From positions 64,001 to 128,000 of the forward strand of contig CAWCFX010000002.1 in the NCBI GenBank assembly GCA_963795085.1: a stretch of DNA of 64,000 nucleotides, given 5' to 3'. Origin of the DNA: an uncultured Gemmatimonadales bacterium (GTDB lineage: Bacteria > Gemmatimonadota > Gemmatimonadetes > Gemmatimonadales > GWC2-71-9). Positions 9,285-20,977 of this stretch are shown here, piece by piece (position 1 is the first letter of the stretch; each line of letters starts with the position of its first letter). A program made the translations under genes and the position numbers. The notes beneath the pieces were generated by a model, which was not told where the DNA came from, ran no database searches, and worked only from the letters and a program-made list of their open reading frames with translations.

Positions 9285-10922
9285 GTGCGGGCCCTGACCG
9301 TCCTGTTCCGCCTGACGCCCTTTCTCCTGGCCTTTCTCCGGGACCGCCGCCGCTTCGTCCTCTTCGGGCGCCCCGCCCGGCGAACGCCGGACCATCACCA
9401 GCGCCGGGCCCAACGCCTGACCGACACGCTGGCCCGGCTGGGGCCGGCGTTCATCAAGCTGGCCCAGGTGTTCGGCTCCCGTGCGGACATTCTCCCGGAG
9501 CCATACCTCGGCGCCATCTCCACCCTGGCGGACCGGGTCCCGCCCCTGGAGCCGGGTGTCGCGGAGCGGGTGATCGAGCGCGAGTTGGGCCGCCCGGTGG
9601 GGGCGGTCTTCGCCCGCTTCGACCCCGAACCCCTGGCCGCCGCGTCCCTCGGACAGGTCCACCGCGCCGAGTACGCCGGCCGCGAGGTCGTGGTGAAGAT
9701 CCTGCGGCCCGGCGTGGAGGATCTGGTCCGCGCCGACCTGGACGTGTCTTTCAAGATCCTGTTCCTGCTCAACATTCTCTTTCCCAACCACCACGTCCGG
9801 GCCATCACCGCCATCGTCCAGGAGTTCCAGCGCCGGATCAGCGACGAAATGGATTTCCGGGAGGAGGGCCGCTACGCCGCCATCCTGCGAAAGAATTTCG
9901 CCGCCGAGCCCCGCGTCGTGGTTCCCGAGGTCGTCGCCGGACTGACGCACCGGCGGGTGCTGGTGCTGGAATACATCGACGGCACCCGGATCGACCGCCT
10001 CCAGGACCGGCTGGCCGCCGGCGAGATCCGGCTGCACGAACTCATCGGGACCATCGTGGAGCTCTATCTGCAGATGATGCTGATCGACGGGTTCTTCCAC
10101 GCCGATCCCCACCCCGGCAATCTCCTGGTGGACCGGCAGGGCCGGGTGGTGCTGCTCGATTTCGGGATGGTGCTGCCGGTGGAGCGGGAGACCCGGGCCC
10201 GGATCATCCGGACCGTGCTCTCCGCCGGCCGCCAGGACGTGGACGGAGTGATCAACGGGTTCTACGAACTGGGTATTCTCGACCCCGAGGTGGACCGGGG
10301 GACCGTTCGCGATGCCGCCCAGGAACTGATGTCCCTCTCTTTCCAGGACGACTATTCACCGCGGCAGCTGCAGCGGATCGTGGAAGAGATTCTCCAGACG
10401 TTCTATAACTGGCCGCTGATGCTGCCCTCGGAGCTGGTGTATTTCGGACGGGCGGCCGTGCTGGTCGAGGGGCTGGGCCTGCGCTACGATCCCAACTTCA
10501 ACGGGATGACCGTGATCCGGCCGGCGATCGACCGCTACCGCGACCGGATGATCAGCGGGCTGCTGGATGGCGAAAGCAAGACGCCGCTGAGCGACTGGAC
10601 CCAGGAGGCCGCCACCACGGTGCGGACGATCCGAGACCTCCTCCGCCGCATCGAACGGGAGGAGCTTCGGGTCCGCTGGCATCCCCGGGACACCCTGGAG
10701 CTGCAGCGGTTCCTGGCCCAGCAGGTGCGCCGCGGCCTCCTCGCGGTCTTCGCCTTTACCATCGCGCTCATCACCAGCATCATTTTTCTCGCGCTCCGCC
10801 GGGTCGAGGTGCTGGTCGTCGGGCTGGCGCTGTCATTCGGAATGTTCCTGGTGATCTTCCTGCTCCCCAGCCATCTCTTCCAGAATCCGCTGCGCTTCCG
10901 GGCCCGGTGGCCGGGCCGGTAG
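9285..10922 (+). CDS. ABC1/AarF/UbiB family atypical kinase
   Basis: LGPAFIKLAQ, AAASLGQVHRA, VVVKILRPG, FFHADPHPGN, LLDFGMV; two C-terminal TM helices. Confidence 0.92.
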   Translation: MRALTVLFRLTPFLLAFLRDRRRFVLFGRPARRTPDHHQRRAQRLTDTLARLGPAFIKLAQVFGSRADILPEPYLGAISTLADRVPPLEPGVAERVIERELGRPVGAVFARFDPEPLAAASLGQVHRAEYAGREVVVKILRPGVEDLVRADLDVSFKILFLLNILFPNHHVRAITAIVQEFQRRISDEMDFREEGRYAAILRKNFAAEPRVVVPEVVAGLTHRRVLVLEYIDGTRIDRLQDRLAAGEIRLHELIGTIVELYLQMMLIDGFFHADPHPGNLLVDRQGRVVLLDFGMVLPVERETRARIIRTVLSAGRQDVDGVINGFYELGILDPEVDRGTVRDAAQELMSLSFQDDYSPRQLQRIVEEILQTFYNWPLMLPSELVYFGRAAVLVEGLGLRYDPNFNGMTVIRPAIDRYRDRMISGLLDGESKTPLSDWTQEAATTVRTIRDLLRRIEREELRVRWHPRDTLELQRFLAQQVRRGLLAVFAFTIALITSIIFLALRRVEVLVVGLALSFGMFLVIFLLPSHLFQNPLRFRARWPGR

Positions 10923-10943
10923 GGCGCTGGCTATGTTGCGGCT

Positions 10944-12458
10944 ATGAGTTCCATCCCGTCCCCCCGCATCCTGGCTGCCGCTCTCCTGGTGTCCGCCGCG
11001 TGCGGCGGCGGCAACGATCCCGGCAAGCAGGCATCCGCGGTGGCGATCGCCGCCGGCAATAACCAGAGCGCCCCGGTCGGATCCGCCGTGCCGGTGCCTC
11101 CGGCCGTGCTGGTTACCGATGACAATGGCGATCCCCTCCAGGGAGTCCGCGTCACCTTCACCGCGGTCGGCCAGGGATCGGTTACAGGGGGCACGGCCAC
11201 CTCGAAAGCCAACGGCATTGCCACCGTCGGCAGCTGGACGCTGGGCACCTCGGTCGGCACCAATACCCTCAACGCCTCGGTGCCCGGAGCCGGATCTATC
11301 GCGTTCACTGCCCAGGGCACGCCGGGCAGCCCGGTCCGGGTGGCCGCGTCTACCCCCACCAGCGTGGTCGGCGTGATCGGCGCCCCGGTGTCCCCGCCGC
11401 CTGCGGTCCGGGTGGAAGACGCCTTCGGCAACGGCGTCCCCGGCGTCACGGTCACCTTTGCCGTGACCTCCGGCGGAGGATCGGTCACCGGCGCCATCCA
11501 GGTAACCAACAGCGCCGGTGTGGCGACGGTGGGGAGCTGGACGCTGGGATCCGGCGCCGGGACCAACACCCTGACCGCCACCACCCAGCCAGCCGGCCTG
11601 ACCGGCAACCCGGTCACCTTCACGGCCACCGGCGCCTCCTCGGCATACGCGATTGACCTCCGCTACCTGAGCGGGATGTCCCCGTCTCACCTCCAGGCTT
11701 TCCAGAACGCACAGGCCCGGCTCCAGAATATCATCATCGGCGATGTCAGCAACCAGCCCGTTAACATCACAGCCGGCCGCTGCCTGCCCAACCAGCCGGC
11801 GGTGAACGAAACGGTGGACGATATCATCATCTTCGCCGAGGTGGCGGCCATTGACGGCCCGGGCAAGATCCTGGGTCAGGCGGGTCCCTGCATCATTCGC
11901 GGAAGCAATGGACTGCCGGTGGTCGGGATCATGCAGTTCGATGTAGATGACCTGACGAGCCTGGAACAGTCAGGCCTCCTGCCGCTGGTCATCCTCCACG
12001 AGATGCTGCATGTCGTCGGGGTCGGGTCGGTGTGGGGGCTGAAGGGACTGCTCTCCGGGGCCGGTGGGAGCGATCCCTTCTTCGTTGGGCCCCGGGCCAT
12101 CGCATCGTTCAACTCGGTGGGCGGGGACGCATACGTGGGGAACCGGGTTCCGGTGGAAGGCACCGGCGGGCCGGGCACGCGCGACTCGCACTGGCGGGAA
12201 ACCGTCTTCAAGGCCGAGTTGATGACCGGGTTCATCAACAATGGCGTGAATCCGCTCAGCGTGGTGACTATCAGTTCCCTTGCCGACCTCGGATACACCG
12301 TGGACACGGCCCGGGCCGACCCATTCGTGGTGGTCCCGCCGTTCGTGGCTCCTCCCGCCGCGGCCCGGGCTCCCGGGTTCATGCTGGAGGATCGCTGGAA
12401 CGGACCACTCTACCGGGTGGATCCACGGGGACAAACCGCGCCGGTGCCCCGGCCATGA
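10944..12458 (+). CDS. Lipoprotein with two Ig-like (Big-1) repeats and a leishmanolysin-related (M8-like) zinc metallopeptidase domain
   Basis: Lipobox-like SAAC; duplicated GVxVTF..GSVT..G[IV]ATVGSWTLG..GTNTL; HEMLH, SHWRE, ELMT metzincin motifs. Confidence 0.85.
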   Translation: MSSIPSPRILAAALLVSAACGGGNDPGKQASAVAIAAGNNQSAPVGSAVPVPPAVLVTDDNGDPLQGVRVTFTAVGQGSVTGGTATSKANGIATVGSWTLGTSVGTNTLNASVPGAGSIAFTAQGTPGSPVRVAASTPTSVVGVIGAPVSPPPAVRVEDAFGNGVPGVTVTFAVTSGGGSVTGAIQVTNSAGVATVGSWTLGSGAGTNTLTATTQPAGLTGNPVTFTATGASSAYAIDLRYLSGMSPSHLQAFQNAQARLQNIIIGDVSNQPVNITAGRCLPNQPAVNETVDDIIIFAEVAAIDGPGKILGQAGPCIIRGSNGLPVVGIMQFDVDDLTSLEQSGLLPLVILHEMLHVVGVGSVWGLKGLLSGAGGSDPFFVGPRAIASFNSVGGDAYVGNRVPVEGTGGPGTRDSHWRETVFKAELMTGFINNGVNPLSVVTISSLADLGYTVDTARADPFVVVPPFVAPPAAARAPGFMLEDRWNGPLYRVDPRGQTAPVPRP

Positions 12459-12507
12459 CGCCCCGGGCTCTCGGCCTCACGCTCGCCACTGTTCTGACCG
12501 GAGATCC

Positions 12508-13035
12508 ATGACCTTCCGTCTCGATGAGGCCGTCCCCATCCTGGCCCGGACCCCGGTGGTGCTGCGCACCCTGCTGGCCGGCCTCCCCCAGCCGTGGCTG
12601 GAGGCCCACGAAGGGGCCGATAGCTGGAACCCGTACCAGGTGGTGGGCCACCTCATCGATGGTGAGCGGCACGACTGGATCGTCCGGGCCCGGATCATCA
12701 TCACCCGCGAAAGCCGCCGGTTCGAACCATTTGACCGTTTCGCCCACCTGACGTGGACGCGGGGCCAGTCGCTGGACGAGCTGCTGGATTCTTTCGGAAA
12801 ACTCCGGGCGGCCAACCTGGGAACGCTGGGCGAGTGGCGGCTCGGTGAAGAGATGCTCGACCGCACCGGCGTCCACCCGGACTTCGGGGTGGTCACCCTG
12901 CGGCAGCTGCTGGCCACCTGGGTCGCCCACGACCTTGGCCACCTGGGCCAGATCGCCAGGGTGATGGCCAAACGGTACACCGGGGAGGTGGGGCCATGGA
13001 AGGCGTATCTTCCGGTGCTTGCGACTCGCGGATAA
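12508..13035 (+). CDS. DinB/YfiT family protein
   Basis: LARTPVVL, WNPYQVVGHLIDGE, WVAHDLGHLGQI (His triad). ATG 12508 with GGAG upstream. Confidence 0.85.
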   Translation: MTFRLDEAVPILARTPVVLRTLLAGLPQPWLEAHEGADSWNPYQVVGHLIDGERHDWIVRARIIITRESRRFEPFDRFAHLTWTRGQSLDELLDSFGKLRAANLGTLGEWRLGEEMLDRTGVHPDFGVVTLRQLLATWVAHDLGHLGQIARVMAKRYTGEVGPWKAYLPVLATRG

Positions 13036-13090
13036 GGGTGCCGGTGGGTGCTCAGTGACCCGGGGCCGTGGGCCCGGGGGCGAATCGAGA

Positions 13091-13361
13091 ACCGTTGGCG
13101 GTTTTTCTACTCCTGTCCGCGCGAAACGGGTTACCACGTTCTCCGGACCCGGGTCGATATTCCCTCTATAGGGGGCGGAGGCCTCGCGCCGGGAGGTCAA
13201 AGGCACAATGGCGAATCCCGCTGGGGGATTCGCCATTTTTGTCATCCTGGTTCCGCCCTCCGCGGACCGTTGGCGGTTTTTCCATCCCTGTCCGCGCGAA
13301 ACCGGTTACCACGTCCTCAGGAATAAGGCCGATATTCCCTCTATAGGGGGCGGAGGCCTCG
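13091..13361. repeat. Two 96-bp direct repeats (13091-13186 and 13266-13361)
   Basis: Both start accgttggcggtttttc and end gatattccctctatagggggcggaggcctcg; 11 mismatches, no gaps, by hand count. Confidence 0.9.
13207..13240 (+). terminator. 13-bp perfect hairpin, terminator-like, between convergent genes
   Basis: aatggcgaatccc-gctgg-gggattcgccatt followed by ttt. Confidence 0.6.
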
Positions 13362-13464
13362 GTGGCCTGGTCAGCGGCCTTACTCGTCCCATCCCTCCCT
13401 TCACCCGCCTGTGCGCCTTCGCGGCGCCCCCGCGAGAAAGGCCTCCAGGGTCCGCCCATCCCCC

Positions 13465-16257
13465 CTACAACTCCGTCGACAGCCGCAGGTACACCGAGCG
13501 ACCGTTATATCCGAACGGTGACGCCGCCGCCCACGGGAAGGTTCCGTAATTGTTGTTGTAGTCCATCGCCCGGTCGCCGGATCCGCTGTCCACGATTACC
13601 TGTGACGATGGCTGGTCGGGGTACGTATCAAAGAGGTTGCGGGCGCCCAGCGCGATGGAGACCCGGCTCAGCCGGTAGCCCACCTCGGTGTCCACCAGGG
13701 TCTTCGCGCCGTAGTTCTCCCGGCACAAATCGCAGAACCCGGGCTGCGCCGAGGAAAACTTGCCGAAATAGGAGGCCCGGCCCAGGAGGTTCAGCCGGCC
13801 GGCCTCATAAGTCGTCGTAAACGTCGCCCGCCAGTCCGGCCGCTCTTCGGTGATACCGATGTAGGTGACCGAGTCGATCAGGCCCGGTTCCGCCGAGTTG
13901 GCGAGGACGGCGGGGATCGGGTCGATCCGGCGGATCTGGTTCCTGGTGTAGTTCACGCCCAGGTTGAAGTTGAGCCGCCCGGTCTGGCCCACCGGGACCA
14001 GGAGGCTGCTGGTGACATCAATGCCCTGGGTGCGGGTGTCGATGCCATTGGTGAAATACTGGACCCCGCCGATCCCGGTGAACCCGCCCCCCGCCAGAAT
14101 GGCCAGGGTGGTATCGTCGTCGAAAGTCGCGCCGAGGATGATGCGATCGTCGATGTCGATGTGGAAGAAATCCACCGTGATGTTGAAGGCCTCGGTCGGG
14201 CTGAAGGAGAATCCGGCCGAAAGGTTCTTGGAGGTCTCTTCCTGCAGCGGCTGGGCGCCCAACAGCCGGGAGGCAGGATGGTCCACCGGGAAGATGCCCA
14301 CGTCAATGAACTCCCCGGCGATCACGTTGGTGGTGACCTTGCTGAAGGAGATCTGGCTGAGCCCGGGCGCACGGAAACCGGTGCTGGCCGCGGCCCGGAG
14401 GGTGAGCCGTCGCGACGGCTGGAGCCGCAGGGCCAGTTTCCCGGTGATCCGGCTGCCGAAGTCACTGTACCGCTCGTACCGGGCGGCGCCGTTGACCAGC
14501 AGCTGGCTCGAGAGATTGGTCTCCAGGTCGGCATAAATGCCGAAATTGTTCCGGCTCTGGTCGGTCTCGTCGGACGGCGTGAAACCGGGGAACACCGAGG
14601 AGCCGGCCGGGGCGACATCGCTCGAATCCTGGGCCAGGTGGCCGCCGTTGATGTAGCTGGCCAGTTCGCCCCGGACGATCTGGTAACTCTCACGGCGGTA
14701 CGCCGCACCCACGGCCACGTTCAGGTCGCCGGGCAGCCCGATCGAGATCGGCTTGGCGAAGTTGAGCGCCGCCACCATCTCGTCCCGGCTTACCTCGCCC
14801 GCGAAGAACGAGGTCTGGTTGGGGATATTGGGATCGTCCGCGTTGCCCAGGATGCCATCGGCGCCGGGCGCGCAGGGTGTGTCCAGGCAGGGGCCCAGGG
14901 AGGCGTTGAGGGTGTTGCGCAGGTTGTATCTGAAGTCGTTGTGGCCCAGCGTCCCGCCGAAGTCCACCGACCAGCCGCCGGCCAGCCCGCGCCACCCCGC
15001 CGCGGCGGAGTAGTCGGTCACGTCCGGATTGAACTCGGGCAGGAAGCCCAGCGGATAGATCTCCGGCCAGTTGCGGTTGCTGCCCAGGTAGCGGCGATAC
15101 CCGTTGCCGGTGCCCTCGCGGTGGCTGTATCCGCCAAAGGCATAGACTTCGCTGGTTCGGGTCTCGGTGAGCGGCAGCCGGAAATTGGCGAAGGTCATCA
15201 GGTCCTTCTCTTCGCCGTCGCCCCAGTGGTGGTTCGGCTGGGGCACCGGGTTGTTCTTGGTGACCACCTGGCCATGTTCGTCGATGACATCGGGAGTGCC
15301 GCCGGCGTCCTCGTAGGGATCGGCCCAGGCCCGGTTGGTAGCGTCGCGGTCCCGGTATTCGGCGAAGAGTCCGAGCGATCCCCGGCCCACGCCCAGCCCG
15401 ACGCCCCCGTTCACATCGAACGAGGTGCCGTCGTCCTGGTAGTACCGGGTGACGTACCGGCTCCCCTCGCCCCGGAGAAAGGGCCGGAACTGGCCTTCCT
15501 TCATCACCAGGTTCACGACACCGGCGATGGCATCGGAGCCGTACTGGGCTGACGCGCCATCCCGGAGGACCTCGATCCGGTCCACCGCGCTGGCCGGTAT
15601 GGAGTTGAGGTCCACCCCGCTGGAACCGGCGCCCATGCCGTACGCAAAATTGTTCATCAGGGCGCTCTGGTGCCGCCGCCACCCGTTGACCAGCACCAGG
15701 GTGTGGTCGGGAGAGAGCCCGCGCAGGGTGAACGGACGGACGATGTCGTTGGCGTCGGTCACGCTCTGCCGGGGAAAATTCACCGAGGGCGCCAGCGCCT
15801 GGAGGACCTGGGAGGTCTCGGTGGTTCCCTGCCGGGCGATCTCCTCCGCGGTGAACACATCGACCGGTACCGCCAGTTCCTCGCTCGCCGAGTGGCGGGC
15901 ACGGGAACCCACCACCACGTCTATCGGCGCCAGTTGCACCGGGGTGCGCATGAGCGTGAAGTTCTGGGTGACCGCCTGGCCGGCGCCGACCGTTACCGGC
16001 TGGACCAGGGCCACGTGCCCGATCAACCGGACCCGTACGCTGTACCCGCCGGCGGGGATTCCCCGTACTTCATAGTTTCCCAGGCTGTTGCTGGTGGCCC
16101 GAAGGCCGGTCCCCTCGATCGTGACCATGGCATTGGCCAGTCGTTCGCCGGCGCTGTCGGTGACCATGCCCCGCAGGCTACCGGCCTGGGCGGCAAGAGG
16201 AATGGCGGAAAAGACCATCAGGAGGGCGAGGGCAATCCAGACGCGCACGCGAGGCAT
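13465..16257 (-). CDS. TonB-dependent receptor with N-terminal carboxypeptidase-regulatory-like domain
   Basis: Signal peptide; GMVTDSAGERLANAMVTIEGT; plug motifs LRGLSPDHTLVLVNG and RIEVLRDGASAQYGSDAIAGVVN; C-terminal NLFDTYP..GRSVYLRLSTEL. Confidence 0.92.
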   Translation of the reverse strand: MPRVRVWIALALLMVFSAIPLAAQAGSLRGMVTDSAGERLANAMVTIEGTGLRATSNSLGNYEVRGIPAGGYSVRVRLIGHVALVQPVTVGAGQAVTQNFTLMRTPVQLAPIDVVVGSRARHSASEELAVPVDVFTAEEIARQGTTETSQVLQALAPSVNFPRQSVTDANDIVRPFTLRGLSPDHTLVLVNGWRRHQSALMNNFAYGMGAGSSGVDLNSIPASAVDRIEVLRDGASAQYGSDAIAGVVNLVMKEGQFRPFLRGEGSRYVTRYYQDDGTSFDVNGGVGLGVGRGSLGLFAEYRDRDATNRAWADPYEDAGGTPDVIDEHGQVVTKNNPVPQPNHHWGDGEEKDLMTFANFRLPLTETRTSEVYAFGGYSHREGTGNGYRRYLGSNRNWPEIYPLGFLPEFNPDVTDYSAAAGWRGLAGGWSVDFGGTLGHNDFRYNLRNTLNASLGPCLDTPCAPGADGILGNADDPNIPNQTSFFAGEVSRDEMVAALNFAKPISIGLPGDLNVAVGAAYRRESYQIVRGELASYINGGHLAQDSSDVAPAGSSVFPGFTPSDETDQSRNNFGIYADLETNLSSQLLVNGAARYERYSDFGSRITGKLALRLQPSRRLTLRAAASTGFRAPGLSQISFSKVTTNVIAGEFIDVGIFPVDHPASRLLGAQPLQEETSKNLSAGFSFSPTEAFNITVDFFHIDIDDRIILGATFDDDTTLAILAGGGFTGIGGVQYFTNGIDTRTQGIDVTSSLLVPVGQTGRLNFNLGVNYTRNQIRRIDPIPAVLANSAEPGLIDSVTYIGITEERPDWRATFTTTYEAGRLNLLGRASYFGKFSSAQPGFCDLCRENYGAKTLVDTEVGYRLSRVSIALGARNLFDTYPDQPSSQVIVDSGSGDRAMDYNNNYGTFPWAAASPFGYNGRSVYLRLSTEL

Positions 16258-16321
16258 ACGATCTCCGACTCGAGGGTGGCTTGCTGGGCTGTCGAAAGGG
16301 GATGTAACGGTATGGGACTAC

Positions 16322-16350
16322 TATATATGGAGTCATTTGGGGCCGGTCAA
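16322..16350 (-). promoter_or_regulatory. sigma70-type promoter for the TonB receptor
   Basis: Minus strand TTGACC-17 bp-TATATA; GGAG Shine-Dalgarno before ATG 16257. Confidence 0.5.
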
Positions 16351-16450
16351 GCTGGCCGAGGAGATGCATCCTCCCCCGGATCCCGCGTGGGTATCCGGGT
16401 CCTCTACTTGCTGCCATTGCCTATCTCCTTCTCCCCTGCGACTTTCCAGC

Positions 16451-17481
16451 ATGCACTGGGACGCGCTGCTCGCCGATCTCCGGGCCCGAAAAATGGCGGC
16501 GCTGGCCCGGGCGATCTCCGTGGTGGAGAACGGGCGCGCCGGCTTCGAGGAGTTGCTCATCGCGATCCATGAAGACCTGGGAAAGGCCCGCCGGGTAGGG
16601 CTGACCGGGCCCCCCGGTGCCGGGAAGTCCACCCTCACCGAGGAACTGGTCACCGCCTACCGGGCTCGCGGTCTCACGGTGGCCGTGGTGGCGGTAGATC
16701 CGACCAGTCCATTCACCGGGGGCGCGCTGCTCGGCGATCGCATCCGGATGGAGTCGGTGGCGCTGGATGACGGGGTCTACATCCGGTCGATGGCTACCCG
16801 CGGCTCCCTGGGAGGCCTGGCGACCACCACCCGCGAAGTCTGCGACGTGCTCGACGCCGCGGGGTTTGACCGGATCCTGATCGAGACGGTCGGGGTCGGA
16901 CAATCCGAGCTGGACGTGGGGCGCAGTGCCGATTCGACGATTCTCGTCCTGGTGCCCGAATCGGGAGATGGCATCCAGGTGCTCAAGGCGGGGGTGATTG
17001 AAATCGCCGACCTGTTCGTGGTCAACAAGTCGGACCGGCCGGGCGCCGACCGGATGCGGCAGGAACTCGAGGTCATGCTGGGACTGCGTGCCGGGCGGAC
17101 GATGAAACACGTGCCCGCGCATCACGGGGCGCTCAAATCGGCGGAGGCCCGGATGACCCGGCCGACCGAGCCGGACCGGTGGACCCCGCGGGTCCTGTCC
17201 GCCGTCGCCGTGAAGGGCGAGGGGACCGAGGCGCTGGTCGACGCCCTCGATGTCCATCACGCCTGGCTGGAGTCCTCCGGGGCGCTGCTGGAGCGGCGCC
17301 GTCGGCGCATGGAACAGCGGACCCGGGAGGTCGTGGACCGGGCCGCCCGGGAGTGGATCTGGGACGAGACCCGGGCCGAAGCCATGATCCGGGACCGGCT
17401 CGATGATGCGATGGCGGGGCGGGTGAGCCCCTACGAGATCGCCGCGGGAGTGCTGGACAGCCTCAAACAAGGTGCTCGATC

Positions 17482-17485
<4 letters not shown>
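16451..17485 (+). CDS. meaB: Mutase-associated G-protein chaperone MeaB (ArgK family)
   Basis: GLTGPPGAGKST, AVDPTSPFTGGALLGDRIRM, RSMATRGSLGGL, ETVGVGQSE, VNKSD. Start ATG 16451 preceded by TTGCCT-17-GACTTT. Confidence 0.93.
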
Positions 17486-19192
<1,707 letters not shown>

Positions 19193-19194
<2 letters not shown>

Positions 19195-19295
19195 TGCAGA
19201 GTGCAGAGTGCGGAGTGCGGAGTGCAGAGTGCAGAGTGCAGAGTGCAGAGTGCAGAGTGCAGAGTGCAGAGTGCAGGGTGCCGCGTGCCGCGTGC
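19193..19295 (+). repeat. Heptamer tandem array AGTGC[A/G]G x12 (19193-19276) plus 2-3 decayed units
   Basis: Read directly; the first unit overlaps the TAG stop of the mutase gene. Confidence 0.95.
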
Positions 19296-19343
19296 TTCTT
19301 CCGGCATTTTCTTTCGATTATTCGTTTGTGAAGGTTTTGATCA

Positions 19344-20498
19344 ATGGCTGACCTTGATGTCTCCAAGAGACTGGCCCGGCTCGCCCGGGTGCGCGCCGGA
19401 AATCACCGCGTGGTGTCCTGCTACCTCAAGCTGGAGCCGAGGGACCGGAGCCGCGGCAAGTATCTCATCAAACTCAAGAACCGGGTCCGGACCGTCAGCG
19501 AGGCGCTGAACTACATTGACCTGCCCCGGGGCGGCCGCGAGGCCGTCCTGGCGGACCTCGCCCGGATCGAAGACCACCTGAAGAACCCGGGCAACCTCCC
19601 GTCCAGCCAGGCGGTCGCCGTCTTCGCCGCCGAGTCACTTGGGCTGTTCGAAAGCGTTCCGCTGCCCTGGGTCTACCGTTCGCGCCTGGTGGTGGACCGG
19701 ACCCCGCTGACCCGGGAGCTTGCCTCGATCGCCGACGAGTTCGGCCGCCTGCTGACCGTGGTGTATGACCGCGCCAGCGCCCGGATCTTCGAAGTCACCG
19801 CGTTCGAATGCCGGGAAGTGCTCGGCGTCCCCGCCATCTACACCCGTGGCAAACGCTACAAGGGCGAGAAGCAGGGGATGTTCGGGCCCAGCGAGCACGA
19901 TTACCATACCCGGATCCGGGAAGAAAAGAATCGGCATTTCGACCACATCGCGCAGCAGCTCTTCCAACTCAACCAGCGGGAGCCGTACCTGGGCCTCATC
20001 CTGGCCGGTACCGGCAGCGATGCCGGCGCGCTGGCGCCTTTTCTCCACAGCTACCTGGCCGACCGGGTGATGGGCGTCGCGAAGCTCAATCCCAAGAATG
20101 TGAGCGCCGCCGGGGTACGCGAAGCGTCGCTGGACGTGCGCCGCGAATGGGAGCGGCAGTCGGAGCGGGCTCTCATGGCGGAGCTGGAAGAGTCGCTGGG
20201 CAACCGCTGGGCGGTGAACGGTATGGCGCCCACGCTTCGGGCCCTCGCCCGGGGCCAGGTCCGCACCCTGCTGGTCAGCGCCGATGCCGCCCAGCCCGGG
20301 TTCCGCTGCAAGGATTCCGGGCGCCTCACGCTGGCTGAGCGGGATTGCCGCGATGAGGGCGGTGGCGAAGCGGTCCTCGACGTGGTGGACGACGCCATCG
20401 AAGAGGCCCTGCGCCAGCGGGTGAACGTCAACGTGGTTTACGACGAGGATGTCGTCGGCAAGATCGAAGGGCTGGCCGGCCTGCTGCGCTTCCGGTAG
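19344..20498 (+). CDS. Bacterial aeRF1/eRF1-family (baeRF) release-factor-like protein lacking GGQ
   Basis: N-domain VVSCYL and AVAVFA; M-domain [19 protein letters not shown]-domain [27 protein letters not shown]. Confidence 0.8.
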   Translation: MADLDVSKRLARLARVRAGNHRVVSCYLKLEPRDRSRGKYLIKLKNRVRTVSEALNYIDLPRGGREAVLADLARIEDHLKNPGNLPSSQAVAVFAAESLGLFESVPLPWVYRSRLVVDRTPLTRELASIADEFGRLLTVVYDRASARIFEVTAFECREVLGVPAIYTRGKRYKGEKQGMFGPSEHDYHTRIREEKNRHFDHIAQQLFQLNQREPYLGLILAGTGSDAGALAPFLHSYLADRVMGVAKLNPKNVSAAGVREASLDVRREWERQSERALMAELEESLGNRWAVNGMAPTLRALARGQVRTLLVSADAAQPGFRCKDSGRLTLAERDCRDEGGGEAVLDVVDDAIEEALRQRVNVNVVYDEDVVGKIEGLAGLLRFR

Positions 20499-20542
20499 GC
20501 CGGTCCCGCCCCCGGCTGGCCACCTTTGATCTCGAGGGATGC

Positions 20543-20974
20543 ATGCACGCCACCAGGACCAGAAAACTCGCTCGCCCCATTCGTGTTCTCGTCGCCAAGC
20601 CGGGACTGGATGGCCACGATCGCGGCGCCAAGGTCGTGGCCGCTTCCCTGCGCGATGCCGGCATGGAGGTGGTATACACCGGACTGCACCAGACGCCCGA
20701 CATGATCGCCCGGGCGGCGGTCCAGGAGGACGTGGACGTGGTGGGACTCTCGATTCTCTCCGGGGCGCACATGACGCTCTTCCCCCGGGTCAAACAGCTG
20801 CTGGCCGACATGGGGCGGCCCGAGATTCTCGTCACCGGCGGCGGGATCATCCCCCAGGATGACATGGATGCGCTGGAAGCGCAGGGCATCGGCCGGCTCT
20901 TCGGGCCGGGTACTCCCACGACCGATCTCATTGAATACATCCGGGGCTGGGCCCAGGCCCACCTGGAAACCTGA
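20543..20974 (+). CDS. Cobalamin-binding small subunit of the acyl-CoA mutase (IcmB/MCM C-terminal domain)
   Basis: [12 protein letters not shown] (DxHxxG), [20 protein letters not shown]. Confidence 0.93.
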   Translation: MHATRTRKLARPIRVLVAKPGLDGHDRGAKVVAASLRDAGMEVVYTGLHQTPDMIARAAVQEDVDVVGLSILSGAHMTLFPRVKQLLADMGRPEILVTGGGIIPQDDMDALEAQGIGRLFGPGTPTTDLIEYIRGWAQAHLET

Positions 20975-20977
20975 GCC

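Noticed and set aside
13091..13361. 96-bp direct repeats as a CRISPR or IS ends
   Set aside because: Only two copies, far longer than CRISPR repeats, direct rather than inverted, and no transposase or integrase in the window.
16258..16450. Cobalamin riboswitch or BtuB identity for the TonB receptor next to the B12 mutase
   Set aside because: The predicted leader is only about 60 nt and I see no B12-box elements. The receptor's substrate cannot be assigned from the sequence.
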